Shown here piece by piece: positions 10,249-20,304 of a stretch of DNA of 64,000 nucleotides (its first letter is position 1; each line of letters starts with the position of its first letter). The stretch covers positions 1 through 64,000 of the forward strand of contig JAADVB010000010.1 of NCBI GenBank assembly GCA_023334545.1, given 5' to 3'. The notes under the pieces are model-generated. The model saw only the letters and a list, made by a program, of their open reading frames with translations. It had not been told where the DNA came from and ran no database searches. The translations under genes were made by a program, and so were the position numbers. The stretch is from Salisapilia sapeloensis CBS 127946 (taxonomy: Eukaryota > Protista > Oomycota).

Positions 10249-13200
10249 TTACTGTAGGACGAATGCCAGTTGGGCCTGACGCTGCTTGATGAGGGCGAGA
10301 GGGTTCTTGAGCTTCACGACTCGACATCTCGACGGATCGCCAGCGCTGTAGACTCGGTAGATAACGTAGTCGGCACCGGAAGTCTGGGCCAGCTCCAGCT
10401 CGTTCCAACTGATCTCGAACAGGTTCTTTTCACTCGTCCGAGTCGCTTTCACTTCCGCGTACTCTGCAATGCTTCCGTTTCTCCACACTAAAATATCGTA
10501 CGGAAGACCGGATTCTGCATCAGCGTTTACCCACTCCACTTCCATCTCAGGCTGGCTTGCTAGCGTACTGCTTAATTGCTCATAGACGTACTGCTCGCCC
10601 CATCTGCCGATCGCTTTCTTTTCCTCGTCAGACATGGTGTTCATGCCAGTCGGTGGCAACATGGACAGGCCTCTTTCGTAAGCTGGGGGAATCGCTTCCA
10701 TCGGATTAAATGAACGTGTCGGGGGTTCCGGCATTTGCGGTCGGATGTCACTACCGGTCTTGAAAGCTTTGTTGTTTCCCTCATCTTCCACTTCTCCGTC
10801 CTCTAGCATCACCGAATGGCTTCTCTTTCGAGACGCCGTCTCTGTCTGTTCTTTCATCCATTCCACTTCTTCTGCCTCCAGCTCCATTGGAGAAATCTTT
10901 TGAATATCACTCAACCACCTCTCTCGCAGCTCTGGCTCTGGCTGCAGAGAAGCTAAATAGAGCACATTGGTCACTGTCGGCGCTGCAAGTGCGCCTACTA
11001 CTTTATTACTTAGTTCCATCACCACATCCAAGAAGGAGCTTCCATCTTCAAGAGCAACGCGTTCCGTCACGTACAAGGTTCCTTGCTGACGGTCCAAGAA
11101 ACAGTTCTTCCCTTCTCCATGAGGAATTGTCAAAGCATGCACCACATGTCCATTCGCAGAGCTCTGCACCAGATCGTGTGATAACGACAGCGGCTCTGGA
11201 CCTTCTAGGACACTCACTTGCAGCTGAGCGAATAATGTTGCGATGGCGTCGTGGTCCAGATGATCATACGTCTGCTTGTGAAGGTGACGCATCACACGCT
11301 GCATCAAGTGCAGGCTCATTCGGATTTTACTGTCAAAGGCAAGAGGCGGCGGAATCTCTCGTCGATTTTGGTCCCGCTTCACTCTTGCATGCAACTCCTT
11401 CCGAAGAGATCGCACACCACAAATGCTGACGAGGAACTCGTGCAGACTTTGCTTCGCTTCCAGCACTTCTTTTGAGAACAAGGACAGCAGAGGTAAGTCC
11501 ATCGACCCATCCACTCTCGCTCCTTTCACTTCACCAGCCGAAAGCTCCCGCTGGTCGTCCACGTAGCACTCCATCGGGATCAAAAAGCGCCTGCTTCCGT
11601 CTGCCACAGCAACAGGGAAGATTGCTGCATTAGCCAGTGCGTGCTCTGGTCCTTGCTCGTCTTTTGCACTCCACATCTTTGCCCATAGTTTTACTACTTC
11701 ACCCACCAGCTTTTCCATCTTTTCCTTGTTTGGAGCGTTCTGGCACATGAGCTCCAGTCCGTTGATCCACTTAGGAGCGTCCGCCATGATCCGTGAAGAC
11801 ACATCCGAGAACTCCATCAGTTCCAGAAGAGGTTCCAGATCCGCATCATTCGGCAAATCAACAACAGTAATCATCTCGTTCCCACGATGTGATTCCTCCC
11901 ATATGGACGTCATAAGCTTTACCACCTTCTTCTCCGCTTTACTGTTCCTGAACGCCATGCCCGAGTCATAGTGCTGAATGCTTTTCTTCCATCCTCCGTC
12001 TGTGTAGATTTGAAGCACTGGAAGCCACTTGGTCTTTTGTCCTTGAAGCTTTCTTCGTAGCTCTTTCGCCTCTTTCTTCGGTAGAAGATTGCTCTTCATA
12101 CTTTTAGAGAGAGCACGTAGCAGCGGCAACACCTTGCCATCCCAACTCGATCTGGTAGTTGCTTTTACTTTCGACAATGTCTTCATCACGAGCTCTATCG
12201 ACGGACGTTTCGGCACCTTTAGCATGTCTGTGAAGAAAGAACGGAGGGATGATGGATACATGGACTTAAGCGCATTCACGAACGGCAAGTCTGCACCTCC
12301 AGACCAAACGACGTCGTTCGAAGTGACAAAAGAGTGCTTTGTCGGTAGATACAAGAGAGGTTCGGCAACAAAAGCCTCATAAACCTCTTCCGTCGAATCT
12401 TGTTCGTCCTGTAAAAACTTGTAAAGCTTGAAGATATGCTCCAACTCTAGCACATTCGTCTTCACATCTGATAACTGTTTCAGCACGACCAAGACGTCAG
12501 ACGCACGTGGCTCTTTCCTCAGACCCAAGGCAGCCACCATTTGCTCTGACGTCCAGGAGTAAGCGCAAAATGGAACCATGTAAGGCTCGAACACTTTCTT
12601 GGCGTTTTCAGCCCACAACTCGGTGGGTTTGTAAAGTCCAGAATCAGACGCAAGGAGCCATTTGTGCTGTCTGCATGTATCTCCAACTGTATCGTTTAAC
12701 GAGGACGAAGAGGAGTTGAAAAAGGAAGCAAGCTCAAGAGACAATTGTTCCCGTATCGTTGCATCCTCTTCCTTCTCCAACGCTTTTAGAACCATTGTTA
12801 TGCCTGGTGCAGATTGAGCGTCGTCCAGTGCCAACAGTACTGGTAGCCTGCATAGGTCCACGAGGGTCTTTTGCCAGTCGCTGTCTTTCGTCTCAACGCT
12901 ATTAGCTGCAGATGGAGTGATCTGACAAATTTTATTATCGTCTACCCAGTCCATCAGCTGCGTCAGTTTCTGCCGAGTGGATGGTAAAACCACAAATGTG
13001 TTCTTCTTTACGAAGACACGATCTAAAGCTACCTTCATAGACTCTCGCAGTGGACAGTTTCGACAATCCGATAAGTGTTTTGCAAGCACCTGTACTCCAG
13101 CCACAGTCTCTCCAAGCGCCGGAAGCACCTGGCTTGTAATGATACCATGGTCGTCCAGCACATTCACCTTGAGGTCGTCCACCAGAAGCTTTTTCAATTC

Positions 13201-16200
13201 CACTTCTTCCTCAATTTGATTCGCAAACTCGCTTTCTGCCACAAACATGTCACTCCCGCCAGCCAGCCACTCTTGGAGACTGCTAGACACTTTCGTTCCA
13301 GGAAGGAAGAGCTGTCGCTTACACGACATAAACGAAACCCACTTCTTCTGCTTGTCGACGCTAACAGCAAACACTGGTAGATACGAAAGCTCCTGGAGCA
13401 GCAAATCCTTGGAGCTGCTTCGCTTGTACAAGGTCGTAAAGGCAGATAGAAGCGCTACCTTGTTATCCGTCTTGCTAGTTGCCAGCATCTTGAGCACATG
13501 GCTCGCACTCAATCTCTCGACACCGAGCTCTGCCTTCATGACTGCGTCCATTCTGTTTGCTAGAACGCCATCCAGTGCACTTTTCCCGGTCGCTTGCACT
13601 ACTAGCTCTTGGTCCAAGTCCAAGGACGTGTCTCCTGCATCCAGAATATCCGTCGGCTTTACGAGGTCTCCATTGGCAGCCAGTAGCAATGGCAGCTGTC
13701 TCAAGTGACGCAGCATGTCCTGCACAACTCCTCTGAAAGGCGACTGAACCTCAGTCGGTCGAGGTAGAAGAGACAAAAGGTACGCAACTGAATCAGACGT
13801 CGCGCCTTCTACCTTCAAGTACGACTGAACTGCCGTCGCGAACAAAGATGGAAACTTGGAGACGAGCCATTGGTTCCAGTCACTGCCTTCCACCACTGCT
13901 TCTCGAGAGCTCACAACATCAAAGTCAGCATGTAGGACGAAACGAAGGCCGTAGGATCGCAGTGGCAAGAAAGCAAACACTTGCTGGAGATCCGGAACAG
14001 TATCATCGTCCAACGTGTGAAGTGGTAGAGCGATGCTGATTTGAGTTGATTTGCGCTTAAAGCTTACTGGGGGATGAAGCTTGTCATTGACCATCAGCCA
14101 TCTTCTTTCCAGTCCACTCGAAGACAGCTTGAGCACACTCTCGTACTTTCCCGACTGTTCCACCTGCTTTTGAAAGCGCAGCCGAGTGTTGTTCACTTTG
14201 TCTTCCAGTTCCAGCACGAGCACTTTTCTCAAAAACAGCAAGATCGACGCGTCCCAATGGCCAAGACTCTTCGCCACGCTATCCAAGCGAATTGCCTTTC
14301 GCAACGGCAGCACCAGCGTTGTTCCTGCTCCCGTCCACTGGTCATTGCCTACCCAGTGAGGCAATATGTAGCCAAGCCCATCATCTCGTTGGGCATCGAA
14401 ACGCAAGTGGAAGCCATTCGAGTGCACTTCAGGGGCGTCTGAAAGCTTAAACACGCTCTTAAAGCCGATACCTTTCCTTCCAATAGCTCCGTTGTCTGTC
14501 TTTGTGGACGCTCCGACGTCGCAAATGGCACGTACATTGTCTTCAGAGAAGCCGCGCTCATTGTTGTGGAAGACGAGCTTCCCGTCTTTTCGAAGAGAGA
14601 ACAGAGCGGTTGGCGTCACACCGGACGGGTAGACGTTGTCGTCTGCATTCTGTAGCAGCTCCAGCACGAAGTGAGTGTCGTCACTGTAAAGCTCGTCGCT
14701 CAAACGCTTCAGAGCCCGTTGGAGACGATGCCTCTGTATCTCAAGAACGTTTTTCGTGGCTTCGTCTGCCGTCTCGAGACCGATGCCAAACTGGTGCTTT
14801 CGCAAGCCTTTAATGAACCCTTCCGGATCCTCTGTTGATGCTGCATCTACTTCTACAGAAGGCTCTTGCATTTGGACATCTTCCTCTTCAGTGTCAGAGG
14901 AGACCTCAGGCTCCTTTTGGTGACTTGACGGTACTTGCATCACTGGCTTTGGCGCAGTCGCTTGTAGTTTAATCCAGGCTGAAATGGAAAGGTGAGCGCC
15001 AAGAAGCCTCAGTCGACTTCTTTCTGTCTCTGTACTGCATGCCTCTGCGAGCTTCGCGTCAGTGCCATCGCCTTCTATGGCCGAATCCAGCACGTTGTAC
15101 ACCATGCTTGCAAAATCCAACGGTGCGTAGATCAAAGCTTCCAAGAGCATTCTCTGAGGCTCTTCCACTCTCTGGGCGAGCTCTTTGACATGCATCTGTA
15201 CGAGTTCTTTCGGAAACTGTTGCTCGCCGCCGCAATTGACATACACAGACACGAGTTCGGTCGCTACGTTCCACCCTGTCGCATTTTTCGGTAGCAACTG
15301 CAGCGACGACGGAGTGGACTCTGCATTCACTCGTATCACTGATCCATTTCTGCACTGGACGAACCTGAAAGTGCCAGACATTTGCGATGCCAAAAATGGC
15401 TTCAAAGGACCGCACGTTGATGCAAATGCTTTGCCCCACTCGACATGCTCTGCAACGTCCACAAGAAATGGGACTTGTGCTAAGGCAGCACGTGCTCTCT
15501 CTCCTGTCCATTCACCTTCATCCGCAAGCACTGCCGAGTCCGAGTTTTTCCCTGAATCCGTCAAAATGGTCGAGTATTTTGTTATCGAAGACGCTTCTGT
15601 GTCATTCGATGCAGTTTCCATCACATCCTGGAGTTCGCTCTCTGACAAGCCATCGTACCATGCACTTCCAAATTGAGCTAGCAATCTTTGTTGCAAAGTT
15701 TTGATGTCCATTTTTTCAAACCCTTCTTGTTCTTGCAGCTGCCGCACGAATGCAGCAGCTTCTGCAGACGGCATGGTCTGCTTTTCAACGGTCTCAAGGT
15801 TTTTGGTTAAAAGCTTCACCCACTCGTTCTCTTCTCCTTTGCTCTGCAGAGTCTCTTGCATGAAAGGAAGCACTAGCTTTCTCCACTTGCCATCGCCAAA
15901 CTTTTTCTCAAGTCGAGTATGCAGACCAATTAGCCAGCTGAGCAGGCCGTCCGGAGTATTTAAACCTAACATGTTGCTCTCTTCATTTAGGTACTCTTCC
16001 ATCTCTTGCTTTAACTGCTCTTGGTCGATTTCTTCTTTGACCTCCCCTTCTTGCTCTTGCTCTTCCTCTTCTTCACTGTCATCTGACAATACGTGACATT
16101 CGCATTTGCAGTCACACTGGCAGCTATCTTCACCTACGCAGCAACAGTCACACTCTTCTTCATCAAAATCGACTTCTTTCGTCCCTCCTTCTCCCTTAAC

Positions 16201-17520
16201 ATCCCCATGACTATCAGGAACCTGATCACTATGCATGAGCACAGCATGAGCCTTGGCTAGTAGACCACACAGGACCCACGTGATCACTTTGATCCGTGAA
16301 AAGTTCTTGGAGTTCTGTGTTCGCTGAACGAAAGGTGCCAAGAGGTTCCGGAGCTTCGAGTCGGCACTCGAGATCTCGGCGGAAGAGATGGCTTTCTGCT
16401 TCGTCGGCCCTCTATCCGTCGTCTTGGACGAATGTCGTCGATAGAGTATATTGTCCAAGAACACATCCACTTCCGTCACTCTCCGGAGTACCTGGACAGA
16501 TAACGAGACGCCACTCACTGCCGTCTTCCCTTTACTACCATCAGTTGGACCATTATGCAAAAACTCTTCAAGAGCTCTTTCCCGATTCTCAATGGTAAAT
16601 CTGTTCTTGGTGACTTCAAACACCTTTTGCTCAATACCTTTCATAAAGTCGGCGTCTAGCTTGCCCATCTCTCTACTCTCGTGCTTGGACAGTTTCTTGA
16701 CTAGCCGAACGTACTTGCCAAACCCAGCCGGGTCAAAGTAGACGCCCATGTCGGCAATACTTCGCTGCTGATGCTGCTCTGCCAAGAACTGCAGAAATGC
16801 GTTGTAGTCCAAACCGTGTCCTTGTCGAGGTCTAAACTCATTCTGCTGCTCCAAGTGGTCGAACCGAGTCAAAGCTGATAGGACGTCCTTGGTTCGCGTC
16901 TGAGGCATCCTGTACAAATGTCCATAAAAGCGCTTGGCTGCATCTGTCGCCACGAAGGAATTGCCAATCTGCAGTCTTATAAAGTCATCGATATTCTCTT
17001 CCCTGAGGAATTGCTCATGGCATTCTCGAATCGTGTGCAGCGGATGCGTGTGGGCGTAGCTCGTGATAAACATCCATAGTCGCTGTACAGTCTGATGAAG
17101 TTGCTTGAGCGCCGGTAGCGACAGTGGGTCCCAGCCCATTAGTTCCTCAAAGCTCGATACTCGAAAATGACGGCAGATCGCCTGCACGGCCGACTCGAGT
17201 GTGATGGCAGTCGGCGGTCCATCCATCGACTGCGCATACCGATACTCTTCAATAAACGCAACTACCTCTTGCTGCAACTGTGGAGATGGGCCTTGGTGGC
17301 GATTCATGCCTCTGTATGGGTCGTATTCGGATGGCATGGGTGGTTGTGGCGGTGGCAATGGCGGTGCATAGCCATTGGGTGGTGGCAATGGCTGACGAGG
17401 CCTCATGCTGTGAATATTCCTTGCAGAGGTCTCTTGCATCTGACCTTGCTCTGCATTTACATTGTGGCCATCGACGTTACCACCCACCTCGTGCATCCTC
17501 TTCTTATCACTTTTGCCCAT
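10249..17520 (-). CDS. NOV: NO VEIN-like protein: sacsin/MORC-type GHKL ATPase plus C-terminal DUF3883 (NOV_C) nuclease-like domain
   Basis: 2423-aa intronless ORF. GHKL motifs FVLELLQNADD, ICDVGASTK, IGRKGIGFKSVF and GTT. C-terminal IGRWGEQYVY...GLPYDI...YAEVKAT. Confidence 0.85.
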   Translation of the reverse strand: MGKSDKKRMHEVGGNVDGHNVNAEQGQMQETSARNIHSMRPRQPLPPPNGYAPPLPPPQPPMPSEYDPYRGMNRHQGPSPQLQQEVVAFIEEYRYAQSMDGPPTAITLESAVQAICRHFRVSSFEELMGWDPLSLPALKQLHQTVQRLWMFITSYAHTHPLHTIRECHEQFLREENIDDFIRLQIGNSFVATDAAKRFYGHLYRMPQTRTKDVLSALTRFDHLEQQNEFRPRQGHGLDYNAFLQFLAEQHQQRSIADMGVYFDPAGFGKYVRLVKKLSKHESREMGKLDADFMKGIEQKVFEVTKNRFTIENRERALEEFLHNGPTDGSKGKTAVSGVSLSVQVLRRVTEVDVFLDNILYRRHSSKTTDRGPTKQKAISSAEISSADSKLRNLLAPFVQRTQNSKNFSRIKVITWVLCGLLAKAHAVLMHSDQVPDSHGDVKGEGGTKEVDFDEEECDCCCVGEDSCQCDCKCECHVLSDDSEEEEEQEQEGEVKEEIDQEQLKQEMEEYLNEESNMLGLNTPDGLLSWLIGLHTRLEKKFGDGKWRKLVLPFMQETLQSKGEENEWVKLLTKNLETVEKQTMPSAEAAAFVRQLQEQEGFEKMDIKTLQQRLLAQFGSAWYDGLSESELQDVMETASNDTEASSITKYSTILTDSGKNSDSAVLADEGEWTGERARAALAQVPFLVDVAEHVEWGKAFASTCGPLKPFLASQMSGTFRFVQCRNGSVIRVNAESTPSSLQLLPKNATGWNVATELVSVYVNCGGEQQFPKELVQMHVKELAQRVEEPQRMLLEALIYAPLDFASMVYNVLDSAIEGDGTDAKLAEACSTETERSRLRLLGAHLSISAWIKLQATAPKPVMQVPSSHQKEPEVSSDTEEEDVQMQEPSVEVDAASTEDPEGFIKGLRKHQFGIGLETADEATKNVLEIQRHRLQRALKRLSDELYSDDTHFVLELLQNADDNVYPSGVTPTALFSLRKDGKLVFHNNERGFSEDNVRAICDVGASTKTDNGAIGRKGIGFKSVFKLSDAPEVHSNGFHLRFDAQRDDGLGYILPHWVGNDQWTGAGTTLVLPLRKAIRLDSVAKSLGHWDASILLFLRKVLVLELEDKVNNTRLRFQKQVEQSGKYESVLKLSSSGLERRWLMVNDKLHPPVSFKRKSTQISIALPLHTLDDDTVPDLQQVFAFLPLRSYGLRFVLHADFDVVSSREAVVEGSDWNQWLVSKFPSLFATAVQSYLKVEGATSDSVAYLLSLLPRPTEVQSPFRGVVQDMLRHLRQLPLLLAANGDLVKPTDILDAGDTSLDLDQELVVQATGKSALDGVLANRMDAVMKAELGVERLSASHVLKMLATSKTDNKVALLSAFTTLYKRSSSKDLLLQELSYLPVFAVSVDKQKKWVSFMSCKRQLFLPGTKVSSSLQEWLAGGSDMFVAESEFANQIEEEVELKKLLVDDLKVNVLDDHGIITSQVLPALGETVAGVQVLAKHLSDCRNCPLRESMKVALDRVFVKKNTFVVLPSTRQKLTQLMDWVDDNKICQITPSAANSVETKDSDWQKTLVDLCRLPVLLALDDAQSAPGITMVLKALEKEEDATIREQLSLELASFFNSSSSSLNDTVGDTCRQHKWLLASDSGLYKPTELWAENAKKVFEPYMVPFCAYSWTSEQMVAALGLRKEPRASDVLVVLKQLSDVKTNVLELEHIFKLYKFLQDEQDSTEEVYEAFVAEPLLYLPTKHSFVTSNDVVWSGGADLPFVNALKSMYPSSLRSFFTDMLKVPKRPSIELVMKTLSKVKATTRSSWDGKVLPLLRALSKSMKSNLLPKKEAKELRRKLQGQKTKWLPVLQIYTDGGWKKSIQHYDSGMAFRNSKAEKKVVKLMTSIWEESHRGNEMITVVDLPNDADLEPLLELMEFSDVSSRIMADAPKWINGLELMCQNAPNKEKMEKLVGEVVKLWAKMWSAKDEQGPEHALANAAIFPVAVADGSRRFLIPMECYVDDQRELSAGEVKGARVDGSMDLPLLSLFSKEVLEAKQSLHEFLVSICGVRSLRKELHARVKRDQNRREIPPPLAFDSKIRMSLHLMQRVMRHLHKQTYDHLDHDAIATLFAQLQVSVLEGPEPLSLSHDLVQSSANGHVVHALTIPHGEGKNCFLDRQQGTLYVTERVALEDGSSFLDVVMELSNKVVGALAAPTVTNVLYLASLQPEPELRERWLSDIQKISPMELEAEEVEWMKEQTETASRKRSHSVMLEDGEVEDEGNNKAFKTGSDIRPQMPEPPTRSFNPMEAIPPAYERGLSMLPPTGMNTMSDEEKKAIGRWGEQYVYEQLSSTLASQPEMEVEWVNADAESGLPYDILVWRNGSIAEYAEVKATRTSEKNLFEISWNELELAQTSGADYVIYRVYSAGDPSRCRVVKLKNPLALIKQRQAQLAFVLQ

Positions 17521-17623
17521 GCCACAGCAGTAGTAGAGCTGATGGAATGTCTAGTTTTCACGATTATTCACAGTTTTGATTGGCTAAAAAGACGCAATAC
17601 TTCTTATCGCCACACTTGGGAAT

Positions 17624-19249
17624 ATGCGGCGCCCGCTTCTTACCTGTGTGGAGGCCGTCTGTGCGTCCGACGACCGCATCGGAGCCCTCCAGCACGTTAA
17701 GCTGCTACTAAACGCCTACCTAGACTACTCGTATGGCTGGACGATGGAAAAGGCGGCCTTCCATGGCTACGTCCACCTGCTACAGCACCTCGCGAATGTG
17801 CGTCGCCTGCAGGTATCTTCTACAAGAGACCTGTACGCCACCCATCGACAGCAAGTCCCTCGACTCGACCTGAATCTAGCCATGATAGGCGCCGCCAGAA
17901 ACGGTCATTTCGACGCCATCGTCTGGCTCCACACGTACGCACCACACGACGCTGCTTCCGTCTTTGTCATGACCATAGCTGCCGAAAAGGGGCACTTGAA
18001 CACCGTCGAGTGGCTCCATTGGAACCGAACGGAGGGATGCACGTCGGCAGCAATGGACCGAGCGGCCACCAACGGACATCTTCGTGTCGTCCAGTGGCTG
18101 CACTGGAATAGGGAAGAAGGCTGCACCGTCGAAGCGATGAACGGGGCGGCCGGAAACGGGCATTTGCGTTGCGTCCAATGGCTGCATAAGCACCGAACGG
18201 AAGGCTGCACGGTGGATGCTATGGTCGGAGCAGCGGCCAACGGACACCTAGATGTCGTCCAGTGGCTTCACTACAATCGGAATGAGCCTGGGAGCAAGCG
18301 TGCAATGGATAAAGCTGCAAAAGGGGGTCATTTGGACGTCGTGAAGTGGCTGCATGAGCACAGAGAAGAAGGATGCACGACCCTAGCAATGGATTCTGCG
18401 GCATCCAACGGTCACCTGGAAGTCGTCCAATTCCTTCACAGAAACCGCTTGGAAGGATGCACGCGCGGCGGGATATGTGCAGCTGCCCGTAACAACCACT
18501 TGGATGTACTTAAATGGCTGTTTGAACGTTATTCGCTACTCTTTGTGGACAACGAGGGAAAACTTATGAATGAGGCCGCCGCACGAGGCCAGCTGCAGGT
18601 CGTCCAGTGGCTTCATCAGCTCAAGATCGAGAGTTGTACAACTGCTGCCATGGACGGCGCAGCGGCGCGAGGGCATCTCGAGACCGTCCAGTGGCTGCAT
18701 GCGCACCGGACCGAAGGTTGCAGCGTCAAAGCCTTGAATCTTGCTGCGTGTAACGGGCATTTGCATGTACTGAAGTGGCTTCACTATAACACGAACGCCA
18801 GGTGCTCCACGGATGCCATGGACCTTGCAGCCAAAAGCGGTCATCTCGAGATTCTGGACTTTCTCCACCGCTATCGGACGGAAGGATGCACTTTCCGAGC
18901 AATGAATCACGCGGCTGAAAACGGACACCTGGATGTCGTCCAGTGGCTGCATCATAATCGGTCGGAAGGATGCACTGCCGACGCCATGGATGCCGCAGCT
19001 CGCAATGGCAATATGGAGCTGCTTCAGTTCTTGCATGAGAACCGAAATGAGGGATGCACCTCCCGAGCGATGCACCGTGCAGCTTACACTGGTCAGCTCG
19101 GGGCTGTCATGTGGCTCCTTCGACACAAACCGGAGCAATTCGACACTCGTGAGATGGTGGCAGAGGCCATGGAAGTCGCTCAAACGGGCCACGCAGAGCA
19201 TGTCTACACGTGGCTGATGCAGTACCAGGCGCAGCGCCAAAACTCGTAA
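17624..19249 (+). CDS. Oomycete-type ankyrin repeat protein
   Basis: 541 aa with more than 12 repeats of AA.NGHL.VVQWLH.NR.EGCT..AMD and the family-typical N-terminus PLLTCV...HVKLLLNAYLD. Confidence 0.9.
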   Translation: MRRPLLTCVEAVCASDDRIGALQHVKLLLNAYLDYSYGWTMEKAAFHGYVHLLQHLANVRRLQVSSTRDLYATHRQQVPRLDLNLAMIGAARNGHFDAIVWLHTYAPHDAASVFVMTIAAEKGHLNTVEWLHWNRTEGCTSAAMDRAATNGHLRVVQWLHWNREEGCTVEAMNGAAGNGHLRCVQWLHKHRTEGCTVDAMVGAAANGHLDVVQWLHYNRNEPGSKRAMDKAAKGGHLDVVKWLHEHREEGCTTLAMDSAASNGHLEVVQFLHRNRLEGCTRGGICAAARNNHLDVLKWLFERYSLLFVDNEGKLMNEAAARGQLQVVQWLHQLKIESCTTAAMDGAAARGHLETVQWLHAHRTEGCSVKALNLAACNGHLHVLKWLHYNTNARCSTDAMDLAAKSGHLEILDFLHRYRTEGCTFRAMNHAAENGHLDVVQWLHHNRSEGCTADAMDAAARNGNMELLQFLHENRNEGCTSRAMHRAAYTGQLGAVMWLLRHKPEQFDTREMVAEAMEVAQTGHAEHVYTWLMQYQAQRQNS

Positions 19250-19263
19250 AAGTATATTTTAAT

Positions 19264-19914
19264 TTAAAGTTCGTACACGAAAGAGCCTTTTGGTTGCTGC
19301 CCTCCCTTGTTTGTTTGTTCCTGACCAGCTTCCACGTCCGGAGCTGCTTGCGCGTTACCTGACTTCTTGCCGAACTTGGGCACAATATCAAAGTCTAGTC
19401 CGTGCGCCCTCGCAGTCGTCATCTGTGCATGCCCATCTTCCTGCTGCAGTTCCTCCTCGTCCTCTATCAGCCGATGGATCTCCATTTCAAAGCGCGCTAA
19501 ATCGCATACGCAGAAGATGGCGGCTACTTTGAGTCCCGGACCGTCCTTGAACTGCATGTCCGGGTCGTTGATTAGAAATATAAATGCGGCGATCCAGGTC
19601 AGAATCTTGGATCGACGGAGATTAATGTCAAAGTTCTGTCTTGACGGCCGAAACTTTTCCGGTATGCACGTTAGTCGGAAACCGAATGCGATAAAGATGC
19701 TCAGGAAAAGCGGGACCCAGGACATGGTGTACAGCGTCTGCAAATCCTGCTCATCTTGCATAGCTTCCACCGGACACTCGAAGAACGACTGGGACAACGA
19801 CAGCGATAGCGTCAGTTCGAACCCAGACACGACAAACTCTTTCCATGGCGCTGATTTGATCTCTCCAGACAGCTCGTCGAACTTGACGGCGACCTGCGCG
19901 CCCGCTGCGTTCAT
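19264..19914 (-). CDS. Uncharacterised multi-pass membrane protein (paralogue of 20305-21043)
   Basis: ORF with 3-4 hydrophobic segments. First in-frame ATG is at 19914, although an upstream exon is possible. Aligns without gaps to part of the neighbouring gene product. Confidence 0.65.
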   Translation of the reverse strand: MNAAGAQVAVKFDELSGEIKSAPWKEFVVSGFELTLSLSLSQSFFECPVEAMQDEQDLQTLYTMSWVPLFLSIFIAFGFRLTCIPEKFRPSRQNFDINLRRSKILTWIAAFIFLINDPDMQFKDGPGLKVAAIFCVCDLARFEMEIHRLIEDEEELQQEDGHAQMTTARAHGLDFDIVPKFGKKSGNAQAAPDVEAGQEQTNKGGQQPKGSFVYEL

Positions 19915-20038
19915 TAGCTGCTTATGAAAAAATGTCTGGTCGTCAGGAAGATCAATCCATTTGGAAATGTCGCCACCCACAACCCGACGACAAATTCAGT
20001 TCCAATATGAAATCCAGTAACGATACTGATCCGCGTCT

Positions 20039-20299
20039 CATAAGCCACCGCCGAAAGTCTCACTCGTGCTTTGCCAAGCACAAACTGTTCCTGTGAGGCT
20101 CCGTCGCGCCTACATCGATCGCAAACTGCCACTGGAAGCCTCACTTGTGCTTTGTCAAGCATTGGCCGCTTTGAGGAGGCTCCATCGTGCCGATATTGAT
20201 CATAAGCCACCGCTGAAAGACTCACTCGTGCCTTATTGAGCATAAACTTCTTCCGAAAGATTTCATCGTGCATATATCGATCATAAACCGCCACTGAAG
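20039..20299. repeat. Degenerate 81-bp tandem repeat, about 3.2 copies
   Basis: Units start at 20039, 20120, 20201 and 20282 (cataagccaccgccgaaag, cgcaaactgccactggaag, cataagccaccgctgaaag, cataaaccgccactgaag). Full units share tcact.gtgc and end in at.gat. Confidence 0.85.
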
Positions 20300-20304
20300 G
20301 TATC

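Noticed and set aside
10270-17700. Many 60-180 aa ORFs antisense to the NOV-like gene
   Set aside because: They are shadow ORFs of a long GC-balanced coding sequence, with no independent motifs.
17876-19240. Repetitive antisense ORFs opposite the ankyrin gene
   Set aside because: Their periodicity simply mirrors the ankyrin repeats.
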